From the NCBI RefSeq assembly GCF_006345805.1, contig NC_043001.1:18972001-19036000 (forward strand): 64,000 nucleotides of DNA, written 5' to 3'. Numbering within the stretch: the first letter of the stretch is position 1; every line of letters starts with the position of its first letter. A program made the position numbers and the translations under genes. This stretch comes from Octopus sinensis. Lineage: Eukaryota. Below, piece by piece: positions 13,563 through 27,431 of the stretch. The notes under the pieces were generated by a model, which was not told the DNA's origin, did no database searches, and saw only the letters and a list, made by a program, of their open reading frames with translations.

Positions 13563-13858
13563 ACATGACCGACCAGACCATCAGATGTTGCTACACATCG
13601 CTGGTCACAATGCGTTCGCATTGTTTTAGCCTTCGAATGACGCCACCCCGCTGGCTAAGCGAGCAGGCCAACAGAAGTAAGAGTGAGAGAAAGAGTGGTG
13701 AAAGAGTACAGCAGGGATCACCACCCCCTGCCGGAGCCTCGTGGAGCTTTAAGGTGTTTTCGCTCAATAAACACACACAACGCCCGGTCTGGGAATCGAA
13801 ACCGCGATCATACGACCGGGAGTTCGCTGCCCTAACCACTAGGCCATTGTGCCTTCCA
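13563..13858 (-). mobile_element. SINE family B1
   Basis: Family B head with a different tail ending in (gtgat)n. Confidence 0.85.
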
Positions 13859-13879
13859 CACACAACACACACACACCAC

Positions 13880-13893
13880 ACACACATAATAAT

Positions 13894-13937
<44 letters not shown>

Positions 13938-14479
13938 ATATATATTAACATATACATATATATATACATACATATACATAACACACACACATATATATAT
14001 ATTATGTATTTATTATGTTATATATATTTATATATATTATGTATATATATATTTATATATATTATATATATATATCATATATTCAAACTTCTACCTTCTT
14101 TCATATATAAATATACATATATATATATATATATATATGATATATATACATATATATACATATATATATATATATTATATATATAGGGTATAGATATTTG
14201 GATATCTACTACACAATATATACATACATACATACATACAATAATATATATATATATTTAACTATATAACGCATACATGTGTGAATGCATTGAAATAACA
14301 TGCAATTATTGTTTGGGGGCGTGTGTACGTGCGCGTACACTTGAGAGAGTTGGCAGTTCAATAATTGTGATTGATAAATAAGTAGTAGACCGAAATAAAC
14401 ACTGAGATCGATATTATCGACAAACACCCTGACAACAGTATAACAACATCACTTTAACCAGTTAATGAAAACAGTAACG

Positions 14480-14518
<39 letters not shown>

Positions 14519-14740
14519 TTACATACATGCATATAACATATATATATATACATTGTATATACATATATATATATATAGATATATATATATATATATATTA
14601 TATATAATATATATATATATACACATATATACATACATACATAACTACAGATATATAACATATATATATATATATATACATTCATACAGATATATATATA
14701 TATATATATATATCTATATATATATGTACACGTACCATAT
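13880..14740. repeat. Two degenerate (TA)n fields
   Basis: Direct reading. Confidence 0.9.
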
Positions 14741-15140
14741 AAATATGTGTCGTATCACTCTATAAATATACATATACATACATATAAGATATAGGCGTTT
14801 AGTTCACTGGTGATCTAAACGAATAGTTGCGCTGGGTAAGTGCTGTAACGGTTATCAAGGATCACCCTCGCAAAAATAAACTGTGAACTTTATTTCCTTA
14901 TATCCTTACTCTCTGCTCATCTATTTCATTTCTTGTTATCTGTGAATTTTCCATATCTAGATCCTTCATATTTTCTTTGTCTCTAATGACGGAATACCCC
15001 TTATTCAGGCATATTTGCCTAAAACTTGCGATATTCCTGAAAAAGCTGTATGACCTCAGTTAATTTAAGAATAATATATATGACTTGAGATGCTTGTTAT
15101 GTCTTCGCGTTTTTTGTCCTCTTTCAAAAATTTATACATA

Positions 15141-15478
15141 GGCGAAGGAGTGGCTGTGTGGTAAGTAGCTTGCTTACGAACCACGTGGTTCTGGGTTCAG
15201 TCCCACTGATTGACACCTTGGGCAAGTGTCGTCTACTATAGCCTCGGGCCGACCAAAGCCTTGTGAGTTGATTTGGTATACGGAAACTGAAAGAGGTCCG
15301 TCGTATATATGTATATATATATATATATATAATATATATATATAATATATATATATAATATATATATATATATTATATATATAATATATATGTGGTATAT
15401 ATATTATATATATTATTATATATATACATGTAATATATAATATATAGATATGTATATATTATATATTATATATTATAG

Positions 15479-15511
<33 letters not shown>

Positions 15512-15527
15512 ATATGTATATATATAT

Positions 15528-15558
<31 letters not shown>

Positions 15559-15957
15559 TATATTATTATATTATATATATGTATATATATATATATATTT
15601 ATATATTATATATATTATATAGATTATATGTATATATATATTAATATATATATATATATAATAATATATATATAATATATATATTATATATATATATATT
15701 ATATATACATATATATATATGTATATATGTATGTGTGTGTGTGTATGTGTGTGTGAGTGTGTGTGTGTAGGTTTGTGGGTCTGTGTTTGTCTCCCCAACA
15801 TTGCTTGACAACCGATGCTCGTGTTCGGCAAAAGAGACTGATAGAATAAGTACTAGGCTTACAAAGAATAAGTCCTGGGTTTGATGTACTCGACTAAAGG
15901 CGGTGCTCCAACATGGCCGCAGTCAAATGACTGAAACAAGTAAAAGAGTACTAGAGT
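15141..15957 (+). mobile_element. SINE family A with ~460-bp expanded internal microsatellite
   Basis: Head and tail intact around (TA)n/(TG)n. Confidence 0.85.
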
Positions 15958-16251
15958 ATACATATATGCATACTCTTATATGTATACATATACATATTCA
16001 CGCACTGAAAGCGATACTTTCTCCAGTGGAACCTGGTGAAGTCTTTCAACCAACTCGGCTCAAACCAGCTGGTTGAAAGAGCCTGAGCGAAGTTGCACAG
16101 AAATTATGCTCGGTTGAATATGCATCTGTCTATGTTCAGTGAAAGTATGTGTAAGTCGACGTAACCATAAAGATTTGTTGAGTGACATCGTAAAATAAAA
16201 GGAAGTAAATTTTGAGGATGTACCAGTCTACATATTCTCTATCATTATAAA

Positions 16252-16572
16252 AGACTCCGCCGGTTACGACGACGAGGGTCCCAGCTGATACGATCAACGG
16301 AACAGCTTGCTCGTGAAATTAACGTGCAAATGGCTGAGCATTCCACAGACACGTGTACCCTTAACGTAGTTCTCGGGGATAATCAGCGTGACACAGAGTG
16401 ACAAGGCTGACCCTTTGAAATACAAGTACAACTCATTTTTGCCAGCTGAGTGGACTGGAGCAACGTGAAATAAAGTGTCTTGCTCAAGGACACAACGCGT
16501 CGCCGGGAATCGAACTCACAACCATACGATCATGAGCCGAATGCCCTAACCACTAAGCCACGCGCCCTCACA
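16252..16572 (-). mobile_element. SINE family D
   Basis: Same core with a different tail. Confidence 0.8.
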
Positions 16573-16607
16573 TTCTATCATTATAATTATTGCAAAAATG
16601 CATACAT

Positions 16608-16945
<338 letters not shown>

Positions 16946-16954
16946 ACACATACG

Positions 16955-17160
16955 CGAGTAAGCACAAAAATGCAAAACATGGTGAAAAAAATAGTACTCA
17001 ACTACCGAAGAGTAATATTCATTTTTATTAAAGCTGCAAAAACATAAAAACTGTTTCTCTGAGTTTCCCTTTCCCTTTCGTTGGACAGTTGTGATCAAGA
17101 CTCTGGATCATTGCTGTCCGACGAAAGGGAACGTGAAACTCTGAGTAATTTTTTTTGTGA
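16955..17160. mobile_element. Degenerate copy of the 60.0-kb pLTR-like family with inverted HHR remnants
   Basis: Shares gagtaagcac..aaaaa(t)agtact and ctgtccgacga..gaacgtgaaactc with the 60.0-kb element; sits next to (GATA)n. Confidence 0.55.
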
Positions 17161-17199
17161 TGTCTGTGTGTGCTTTACTAAAATAGTATATATGTTGGC

Positions 17200-17765
17200 G
17201 TTGCTACGTCCCCGTAACTTAGCGGTTCGACAAAGAGTAATAGGCTTACAAAGACTAAGTCCTGGGGTCGATTTTTTTGGACTAAAGGCAGTGCTCCAGC
17301 ATGGCTGCAGTCAAATGCCTGAAACAAGTAAAAGAATAAAAAAAATACATATAGTCTAAAGAATAAAAGAATAAAAAAATACATATATAAAAAATACATA
17401 TAGTGGGCTCAGTCCCACTGCGTGGCACCTTGGGCAAGTGTCTTCTACTATAGCCTCGGGCCGACCAAAGCCTTGTGAGTGGATTTGGTAGACGGAAACT
17501 GAAAGAAGCCCGTCGTATGTATGTATATGTATATGCGTGTGTGTGTTTGTGTGTCTGTGTTTGTCCCCCTAGCATTGCTTGACAACCGATGCTGGTGTGT
17601 TTATGTCCCCGTTACTTGGCGGTTCGGCAAAAGAAACCGATAGAATAAGTACTGGGCTTACAAAGAATAAGTCCCGGGGTCGAGTTGCTCGAGTAAAGGC
17701 GGTGCTCCAGCATGGCCGCAGTCAAATGACTGAAACAAGTAAAAGAGTAAAGAGAGTAAAGAGTC
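17200..17765 (+). mobile_element. SINE family A: a 3' fragment followed by a 5'-truncated copy
   Basis: Family A body and tail sequences. Confidence 0.8.
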
Positions 17766-18527
17766 TTTCTCACACGCATGTCCCACAGGTAGAATATTGT
17801 CCAGTACAGCTTATGGCACATTCGGATGGCCGAAGACTCATCCAGGTGGGCGACTATGTTTACTTGATGAGGGGAGTTATTCTAATCAGTTTGCTTGCTT
17901 TGGGAGCAAAACTTAAAAACAATAATTTCAAAAGGATGGATGAAACCAGCAATGAGTCAAGAACTATCTCGCAATAACGAGGAAAGACAGAAATACTCGT
18001 GTTGCAGAACGTTCGCGCCGTAAGTTTATCTGAGAATGAAAGACGCCATTCTTCTTAGCTCTTGTAATAATATCTATACGAACAACTGTCACACTCAGCG
18101 TGACACAGGATGTTCCAAGACCGGCCCTTCAAAATTTTTGGTATATTCCATAACATGCACTTCTTCGCAGTTTTCGTCTCTCCTGTTTCATACACAGGTT
18201 TTGGATCGACCCGAGGCTATGATAGAATACCCTTGCCCGAGGTGTAGTACGGGGGAATCAATCCTGGAATATCATGATATCAAAGAGAATTTCTTAAGAA
18301 TTGGACTCTTCATCCTGTTCGTTTCAGTATCTATTCGTACAAACAGACTCTGCACGTGGTTGCTCCTTCTGTTGGAAATAGCGGCTAAGTCTCCCCCGCA
18401 ACAAATACCTGTTGTCTGGAAAAGAAGGAGACATATGACGTAGCTTTAGATACTTCTAAAATGTCTTTGATGATACTGTTACTCAACCAGACATTTTTGG
18501 GACACCTTCTATGTACACACATGTATG

Positions 18528-18561
<34 letters not shown>

Positions 18562-18634
18562 TGTATGTATGTATGTATATATATGTATGTATGTATGTAA
18601 GTATTATGTATGTATGTATGTATGTATGTATGTA

Positions 18635-18904
18635 TTACTCTTTTACTCTTTTACTCTTTTACTTGTTTCAGTCATTTGACTGCGGCCATGCTGGAGCACC
18701 GCCTTTAGTCGAGCAAATCGACCCCTGGACTTATTCTTTGTAAGCCCAGTACTTATTCTATCGGTCTCTTTTGCCGAACAGCTAAGTGACGGGGACGTAA
18801 ACACACCAGCATCGGTTGTCAAGCAATGCTAGGGAGACAAACACAGACACACAAACACATACACACACGTACATATATATATATATATATATAATATATA
18901 TATA

Positions 18905-18953
<49 letters not shown>

Positions 18954-19123
18954 CATATATACGACAGGCTTCTTTCAGTTTCCTTCTACCAAATCCACTC
19001 ACAAGGCATTGGTCGGCCCGGGCTATAGCAGAAGACACTTGCCCAAGATGCAACGCAGTGGGACTGAACCCGGAACCATGTGGTTGGTTAGCCATCTACT
19101 TACCACACAGCCACTCCTGCGCC
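18635..19123 (-). mobile_element. SINE family A
   Basis: Full copy. Confidence 0.85.
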
Positions 19124-19363
19124 TATGTATGTATGTATGTATGTATGTATGCAAAGATGCATGCATGTATGTATACGAGTGAGTGGGCAAAGGAAAGAAA
19201 AAAGTACTCAAGCATTGTTATGTCGCACGTTCGGATGCCTTCTACTCAACTCTGCTCTCTCCGACTGCTACTCAACTGTTCTAGTCTACTGCTACTCTCT
19301 GCTATTCTGTTCTAGTCTCTGTTCTTCGACGTCTAGACTTCTCCCACTATATCTACGTATTGG

Positions 19364-19597
19364 AAGGCGGCGAACTGGCAGAATCGTTAGCACGACGGGA
19401 GAAATGCTTAGCAGTATTTCGTCTGCCGTTACGTTCTGAGTTCAAATTCCGCCGAGGTCGACTTTGCCTTTCATCCTTTCGGGGTCGATAAATTAAGTAC
19501 CAGTTACGCACTGGGGTCTATGAAATCGACTTAATCTCTTTGTCTGTCCTTGTTTGTCCCCTCTATGTTTAGCCCCTTGTGGGCAATAAAGAAATAG
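19364..19597 (+). mobile_element. SINE family C
   Basis: 15-bp duplication atatctacgtattgg at 19349 and 19598. Confidence 0.9.
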
Positions 19598-19755
19598 ATA
19601 TCTACGTATTGGGTTAGTCTACTCCGTCGTCTGGGGGCGTCCACACAACAAACATTTAGCAGAAGTTACATATACTATTATTTAAAACAACTTGATTCGG
19701 CTCTACGCGACTAAAAGTTTCGCAGATTTCTTACAGAAAACTGACCCTTGAGGCC

Positions 19756-19819
<64 letters not shown>

Positions 19820-22333
19820 TGTGTGTATGTATATGTGTGTACGTGTGTGTGTGTGTGTGTGTTTAGATAACTGTATATGTATATATATAAAATGATAAAT
19901 TTTAATGATAGATTGTACGCAATACGTGATTTTAGTAGAATGTAATGTGTTTATATTTAATAAAATCGTCAGTTTGAGGACGATCAATTGCTTTACTAAT
20001 ATATTTCAGAATGTCGAGAACGAATATGAAAATTGAATCTGAATAAAATCGCTTAAGCTTGACAACGGAACAAGGCGAAAACCGATTAACGTTAATAGTC
20101 ATATGCATCAAGTCAAAGTTTACGTTGATGGATATACAACCGTTAGTAATGAAGATGGAATACTATTAATTAGGATACGAATTGAGAATGAGACAGTGAT
20201 ATAATGGAATGAATATTGTATAAACATAATGTATTACGTGGGCTCAGAAGGAGATAGAGTTATTGTTAGCGATACGAAAGATGGCTGCTTTTGAAAATTT
20301 ATACGAATAAAAGTTTATGTGAATGCAGTTTAGAATGGGGTTTTTTTTCTGAATAGTTGTTGAATAATGATGTAATAAAAACGATATGATGTCATTCTAT
20401 GTTGCAAAGATTACGTTGGTTTTTATTTGCCTGGTATTCTGTAGTTCTGGAATGTATATTCCATTTAATATTATCTATTATTGAATTATTCTTTTTGGCG
20501 ACCAAATGTATGAAACCAAACAAGTTTGTTTGCTTCTGTTGTGATTCATAAGAGAATGCTATGCAAATAAAATGTTGCTTTAAAAGGGCTTGAGGTTATA
20601 TATCGGATATATGGGCGTGCGTGCGTGCGTGCATATATGTATAAATATGTATGTAAATATATATTTTATATTATACATATTATACATATATTATTATATA
20701 ATATCCATACACTCTCACAAACAAAGTGTATATGTATTTATATAAGGGAAAATGACGATGTAAATACATAACTCATTGTCAGTTACCTCTCTTTTTCTCT
20801 CTCTTTCTCTCTCTCTCTCCCTCTCTCTGTGGTTTAGAATGTTTCTCTGAATATGTGTGTTGGTGTCTGTGCGTTCGCGTGTGTGCATCTGTGTGTGCAT
20901 CTGTGCATCTGTGTGTGCGTGTGCGTAGATTGGGAACAAATATATATGGAAAACGTCCATTTTCAAGATCATTTATATTAAGGATTTGCCATGCTTTATA
21001 TTAGCGCATACCACTTTTGCAGCCATTTTAGTTTCTTCTTCCGAATGTAATCATTATACTATGGCGTACTTTCAGGCGTTTTGATTTGTATCGCAAAGGT
21101 TCATGGGAATGCGTGAGATTTTCCCTTCCAAAATACCGTTCTAATGAAAATCTCTCATTGCAAATATGTAAATAGTAAATTTAATGATCCAAACTGCTTT
21201 ACTGATAGCACATTTACAACCATGTCTTTACAACTATGAACCATTGCAAAATACTACAAGACTGTACAGGAATACCTCATTTTACTACGACCTGCTTTAC
21301 GAGACACCGGGTTTACGAGTTTTATTTTATAATAAATACAAAAAGATTAAAGAGACAAATTTTGAACGAAGTACATAAGTTTCTACTACCATGACAAATA
21401 CTTGTGTGTTGCCGAGAAATTTATAGAGCGCGAAAATAAGTTTATTCGAAGAAAACAGCTCTAAATTTGATTATGAAAAGAAATCTACAAGTCCGTCTAC
21501 GAGTGCTTGTGAATCGGTGATCCCGTCTACACATGATAGTGTGCGGAAGTCTAGAGCGAGTGAAAGTGTTGCAGAAAACGATTATAAAAATATATTTTAT
21601 TATAAATGATCTTAATATTTTTTTTTACTTTACATAAAAGATTCTTTACATTCTACTGTTGTTTTATTGCCATTTATGTACGAATATTATAAATTTTATA
21701 GGTAAAATATTTTCCTGGGAACGAATTACGATTTATAACATTGCTACAATGGGAAATTATTGCTCTGCTTTGCGAGCGGTCTTCAGGAAAACATTTACTC
21801 GTATATACAAGTCCATATATATTACTTCCTCAGGATACAATTTTTCGCGGAATTCCTCACTTCCCCCTCTCACTCTCTCTCTCTCTCTCTTTATTACTCG
21901 CAAGCTAATATTTTTCATTCATAAAATCGTGTTATTTGCGTTCGATATGTATGTCTTGTCGGTATGTGCGTGTATCTTTCTTCGTATGTATATTATTTAC
22001 CAGGGTCGATACAGAATTTGAATTTCAGTTATATATGAAGATAAATATTTATACTTACGAACACACACACACACATACGCATATACACACATACATATAT
22101 ATATATATATACACGCTGATGTCGAATAATAAGAATGAGTGCTCAATGAGTGGATAAATATTCTTTATTTGTGGGTCAAGGCTACCAATGGTTTCAGGCA
22201 GAATGAATCTCTAAATGATTATCAAGCCGGACATTGAAACTTGTATCCATTTTATATGAGAATATACGAAGTTACACGAAACTGTACAGGCTTTGGGAAT
22301 AAATTAAAATACAATTAAGATTTGCTAGTATAA

Positions 22334-22372
<39 letters not shown>

Positions 22373-22407
22373 GAGAGAGAGAGAACAAAGTGTACGTACA
22401 CCGCTAT

Positions 22408-22464
<57 letters not shown>

Positions 22465-23519
22465 CAAAATGGGACAAGAACGCAAAACATCCGGGCAACT
22501 AGGTGATACAAAAAGGGACAACAAGACATCGAGATAGACGATACAAAAAAAAAAAACAAGGACGGGTCATTCGAAGCTTTTTATCCTCACTTAAGAACCG
22601 GATCATCCTCGCAATTTCGGCTGGGCTATAAATGTATTGCTTGGGGCTGATGATTCCGATGATAGTATTTGTCAAAAACCATAAGAAAATGAAGGTTGAA
22701 GAGTGGACAAGAAATATTGCAGAGTCCACAAAAAAAGTGAAATCCAGAGAAAAGGATGACTGAAAGAGGTGTCAAACATGAAACAATACAAATTGGTAGA
22801 AAGGAATTATTGACCATGCAGAATCGAAGCAATCAGGCTTTATTTCTTTACGCAATGATCAAAGAGAAAGACAAAATTTACAGCTGGTAACTCACATATA
22901 CAATGTCACGGATTACATTTAATCAGTTTTGTATGATAGCATAATGAAAGGAAAGTTGCTGTGAATGTAGTGCCAAAAGAAATAAGACTGACACTAATGG
23001 AATGTATTACCCTGGCGGCCAAATAGTATCGTCTAAATTAACTAAATCGTTTGATCCTCTAAAAGCTGTCTGGGAGGAAAATACTCAAGAGTAAGTGCTA
23101 TTCGGGAATGATTTATAGTGTCGAAAAATAAATAAAAATAGTAAAACTAGCATTGTCGTAAATCATATATTTTCTTTTAACGTTATCCCTCCTTTGTTGT
23201 AAATTGTATTTGTCTTAAATTGTGTAATAAAGCGCAATATGTCTCTAAAATATTCTGTACATTAATTTTGTCTGAAAAACGTATGTAGATATGTGTGTAT
23301 ATGCGTGTGTGTATGCTATGATAAAATTATGATGTATTACAATAAGACGATGCCTCAAATGTGAAGGAATACTTTTGGTGATTGGAGTCGACGCCAGTAC
23401 TCAACTAGTATTTATTTCATCGACCCATGGAAGATCAAATGGTGTAATCGAACTCGGCGAGAAATGAACAATGGGAATAAAAGTACGCTGCTAAAAAGCA
23501 CAAGGTATTTTGCCCAGTA

Positions 23520-24121
23520 GAAGGCGGCAAGCTGGCAGAATCATTAACACGCCGGACGAAATGCTTAGCCGTATTTCGTCTGCCGCTACGTTCTGAGTTC
23601 AAATTCCGCCGAGGTCGACTTTGCCTTTCATCCTTTCGGGGTCGATAAATTAAGTACCAGTTACGCACTGAGGTCGATGTAATCGATTTAATCCGTTTGT
23701 CTGCCCTTGTTTGTCCCCTCTGTGTTTAGCCTCTTGTGGGTAGTAAAGAAATAGGCATTTCGTCTGCCGCTACGTTCTGAGTTCAAATTCCGCCGAGGTC
23801 GACTTTGCCATTCACCCTTTCCGGGGGTTGATTAAATAAGTACCAGTTACGCACTGGGGTCGATGTAATTGACTTAATCCGTTTGTCTGTCCTTCTTTGT
23901 CCCCTCTGTGTTTAGCCCCTTGTGGGTAGTAAAGAAATAGGTATTTCGTCTGCCGCTACGTTCTGAGTTCAAATTCCACTGAGGTCGACTTTGCCTTTCA
24001 CCCTTTCGGGGTCGATTAAATAAGTACCAGTTACGCACTAGGGTCGATGTAATCGACTTAATCCCTTTGTCTGTCCTTGTTTGTCCCCTCTGTGTTTAGC
24101 TCCTTGTGGGTTGTAAAGAAA
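23520..24121 (+). mobile_element. SINE family C trimer
   Basis: One head plus 3 bodies (period 184/186 bp); 18-bp duplication with 1 mismatch. Confidence 0.9.
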
Positions 24122-24647
24122 AAGGTATTTTACCCAGTACTCTACAGACTCTGTTAATTCATCATCGTTCTCTTCAAATTATAAATTAATAATAAAATAA
24201 ATTTATCATGAATATAATAAACGCTATAGTAATTACAACTAAATCTAAAGGGATGCAAAGTTGTAAATCACTAGCTGTTATTTTAATATATGTGTACACA
24301 TACATACATATACACACATGCGCACAAATATAAATATTTATATCGTGTTTTTAATAATGGAATGCAAAGTAGATAAAATTTAAAATAAGTGTGCAAATAT
24401 TTGGATTAAAAAAACCCTTGATTGAAAAAATTAATGGCTGTCCATGGGACACGATCCAACATCCTTTGTAAGCATATCGGGTGTACTAGCGCGAGCAGCC
24501 TTCGACTTTTCCCATCCAATATTTTTAGGTTGTTGTTCACAGCTTTATCTTTATCTGTTTCACATTTTATTTAAAAAAAAAAGATCTATTTCATGTTTCT
24601 AAATTCTTATGACTTAAACAATATATACGTACATACATACAAACAAA

Positions 24648-24929
24648 TTGTTGTTTGTTCCTTCTCGATCCACGCTTGGCTCCCGGTTTCCTTGGCGTAT
24701 AGGTTTCCCACCTGGACGGGACGCCGGTCCGTCGCAAGATGCAGGAGGAAAGAGTGAGAGAAAGTTGTAGCGAAAGAGTCAGCAGAAGTTCGCCATTACC
24801 TTCTGGCGGAGCCGCGTGGAACTTAGGCGTTTCGCTCATAAACACACACATCGCCCGGTCTGAGATTCGAACCCGCTATCCCTCGACCGCGAATCCGCTA
24901 CTCTAACTACTAGGCCATGTGCCTCCACG
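24648..24929 (-). mobile_element. SINE family B2
   Basis: Homologous to 8262-8565. Confidence 0.85.
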
Positions 24930-24963
<34 letters not shown>

Positions 24964-25079
24964 ATATAATATATATATATAATATATATAATATATATAT
25001 ATGCACATATAAATGCATACATATGTACACTCACACACACATATATATATACATACATACATGCAAACATACATATAAA

Positions 25080-25131
<52 letters not shown>

Positions 25132-25397
25132 TTAATAAGGGTGAGAGAATTAGATACTAATTTAATAGTATATTTATTCAACACCAAGGGGCCTAGTGCT
25201 ACGAGAAACCTGGATTATTATAATATTTTATAACATATATAATATTTTTACAAAATAAATAAGAGAGTGGTCACTATATTGCTCACTCTAGCACCAGTTA
25301 ATCCAAAGGTTTCAACCACAAAATACATGTTTCCCATGAAAGTCAGTACGACTGTTAGCTCACACGGACAGGGCAATAAAAAAATAACAAAAATACA

Positions 25398-25492
25398 GAT
25401 TATTTTGGGACAATTGTTTCGCTATTAATGAAATTTAAATGTAATATTACTTACAAAAAATCCATTTGTGTAGCTCGTCAGCCAAGACTATC
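25398..25492 (-). ncRNA. Type I hammerhead ribozyme, array unit 1
   Basis: Minus strand reads GATAGTCTTGG-CTGACGA-GCTA..TAGC-GAAAC-AATT-GTC-CCAAAATAATC. Canonical core, palindromic helix III (ACAATTGT), GUC cleavage site. Confidence 0.85.
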
Positions 25493-25934
25493 TGGATGAA
25501 ATCCACTCAATCACACGCCAGATTTTACCATAACGATAAATACGCGTGTGGTTCAATTGATTACATCCGACGTTATAATTCAAATGCCCCAACCAACAGC
25601 GCGCCAAACTTTCACGGAAAACAAATACAGCATTTAGAAATAATGCAGCATAATTATAATTAATTAATAAGGGTGAGAGAATTAGATACTAATTTAATAG
25701 TATATTTATTCAACACACCAGTGGCCTAGTGCTACGAGAAACCTGGATTATTATAATATTTTATAACATATTATAATATTTTTACAAAATAAATATAAGA
25801 GAGTGGTCACTATATTGCTCACTCTAGCACCAGTTAATCCAAAAGGTTTCAACCACGAAAATACATGTTCCCATGAAAGTCAGTACGACTGTTAGCTCAC
25901 ACGGACAGGGCAAATAAAAAATAACAAAAATACA

Positions 25935-26028
25935 GATTATTTTGGGACAATTGTTTCGCTATTAATGAATTATTAAATGTAATATTACTTACAAAAAATC
26001 CATTTGTAGCTCGTCAGCCAAGACTATC
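25935..26028 (-). ncRNA. Type I hammerhead ribozyme, array unit 2
   Basis: Same motif as unit 1; GUC at + strand 25946-25948. Confidence 0.85.
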
Positions 26029-26468
26029 TGGATGAAATCCACTCAATCACACGCCAGATTTTACCATAACGATAAATACGCGTGTGGTTCAATTGATTAC
26101 ATCCGACGTTATAATTCAAATGCCCCAACCAACAGCGCGCCAAACTTTCACGGAAAACAAATACAGCATTTAGAAATAAATGCAGCATAATTATAATTAA
26201 TTAATAAGGGTGAGAGAATTAGATACTAATTTAATAGTATATTATTCAACACCAAGTGGCCTAGTGCTACGAGAAACCTGATTATTTTATAATATTTTAT
26301 AACATATTATAATATTTTTACAAAATAAATATAAGAGAGTGGTCACTATTGCTCACTCTAGCACCAGTTAATCCAAAGGTTTCAACCACGAAAATACATG
26401 TTTCCCATGAAAGTCAGTACGACTGTTAGCTCACACGGACAGGGCAAGTAAAAAATAACAAAAATACA

Positions 26469-26560
26469 GATTATTTTGGGACAATTGTTTCGCTATTAAT
26501 GAATTAAATGTAATATTACTTACAAAAAAATCCATTTGTAGCTCGTCAGCCAAGACTATC
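26469..26560 (-). ncRNA. Type I hammerhead ribozyme, array unit 3
   Basis: Same motif as unit 1; GUC at + strand 26480-26482. Confidence 0.85.
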
Positions 26561-26716
26561 TGGATGAAATCCACTCAATCACACGCCAGATTTTACCATA
26601 ACGATAAATACGCGTGTGGTTTCATGGGAAACATGTATTTTCGTGGTTGAAACCTTTTGGATTAACTGGTGCTAGAGTGAGCAATATAGTGACCACTCTC
26701 TTATATTTATTTTATA

Positions 26717-26748
<32 letters not shown>

Positions 26749-26798
26749 TATATACATACATACATAAATGCAACACACATATAAATGCATACATATGT

Positions 26799-26840
<42 letters not shown>

Positions 26841-27431
26841 TACATACATACATGCACACATTACATACATATATATAGATACGTACGTAAGTTCATATTT
26901 ATGTCTTCATGTATGTATGTATTTTACAGAAACAATGATTGCAGCTCTTTTGTAATACAATTAATTTACGTCTAATCCCTCTGTTATGATACGCAGATCT
27001 GTCTGGGCTATTGTTAGTCACTACAAAGTTATCTACGATTCTCTGAATTAATACTTTCTCTTCAGAACTACAACGTTATGCAATTATCTTTCTACTTGAT
27101 TGTGTACATCCAATGAACAGCGGCTTGCAACATAAATCTAGCTTCAGTGTGTCATTCTGTCTGTGTTACTAGTCTGGTAGAACCTGCACGTGTTATGGTC
27201 ATTGCTTTCTTTCTCGGATAAAGTTATGGTCAAGATTCCGGGGAAAAGTACATGGTTAGATGTTTGGGAGGAATTATGCGAACAATTATATTGAATCTGA
27301 TGATTGTTTGGTGATTTGTTAATCGAACCGTATTGACGAAAGGAAAAGTCAACCTCATCTGGATTTAAATTCAGTATATAATGAGTAAATAATTGAATAT
27401 TGCAGGGTATTTTATTAATTGTTAAACCATT

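Larger units (their letters stand above)
25131..26718 (-). mobile_element. Non-autonomous HHR-bearing tandem array (about 2.8 units of ~535 bp plus an inverted terminal segment), retrozyme/Penelope pLTR-like
   Basis: The motif taagggtgagagaatt recurs at 25136, 25668 and 26205. Each unit carries an HHR on the minus strand. 26621-26718 is the reverse complement of an internal part of the unit. (TA)n flanks both sides and there is no meaningful ORF. Confidence 0.8.

Noticed and set aside
17790-18025. Exon candidate (cacag|...|gtaagt)
   Set aside because: Stops in all three frames between the sites; weak resemblance to an RTE LINE tail instead.
22455-22860. Penelope-like terminal remnant with CTGATGA at 22648
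   Set aside because: The core and GAAA lie on incompatible strands or spacing; no fold could be built.
23571-24121. CRISPR-like or satellite array
   Set aside because: Units are whole SINE bodies with no unique spacers; eukaryotic context.
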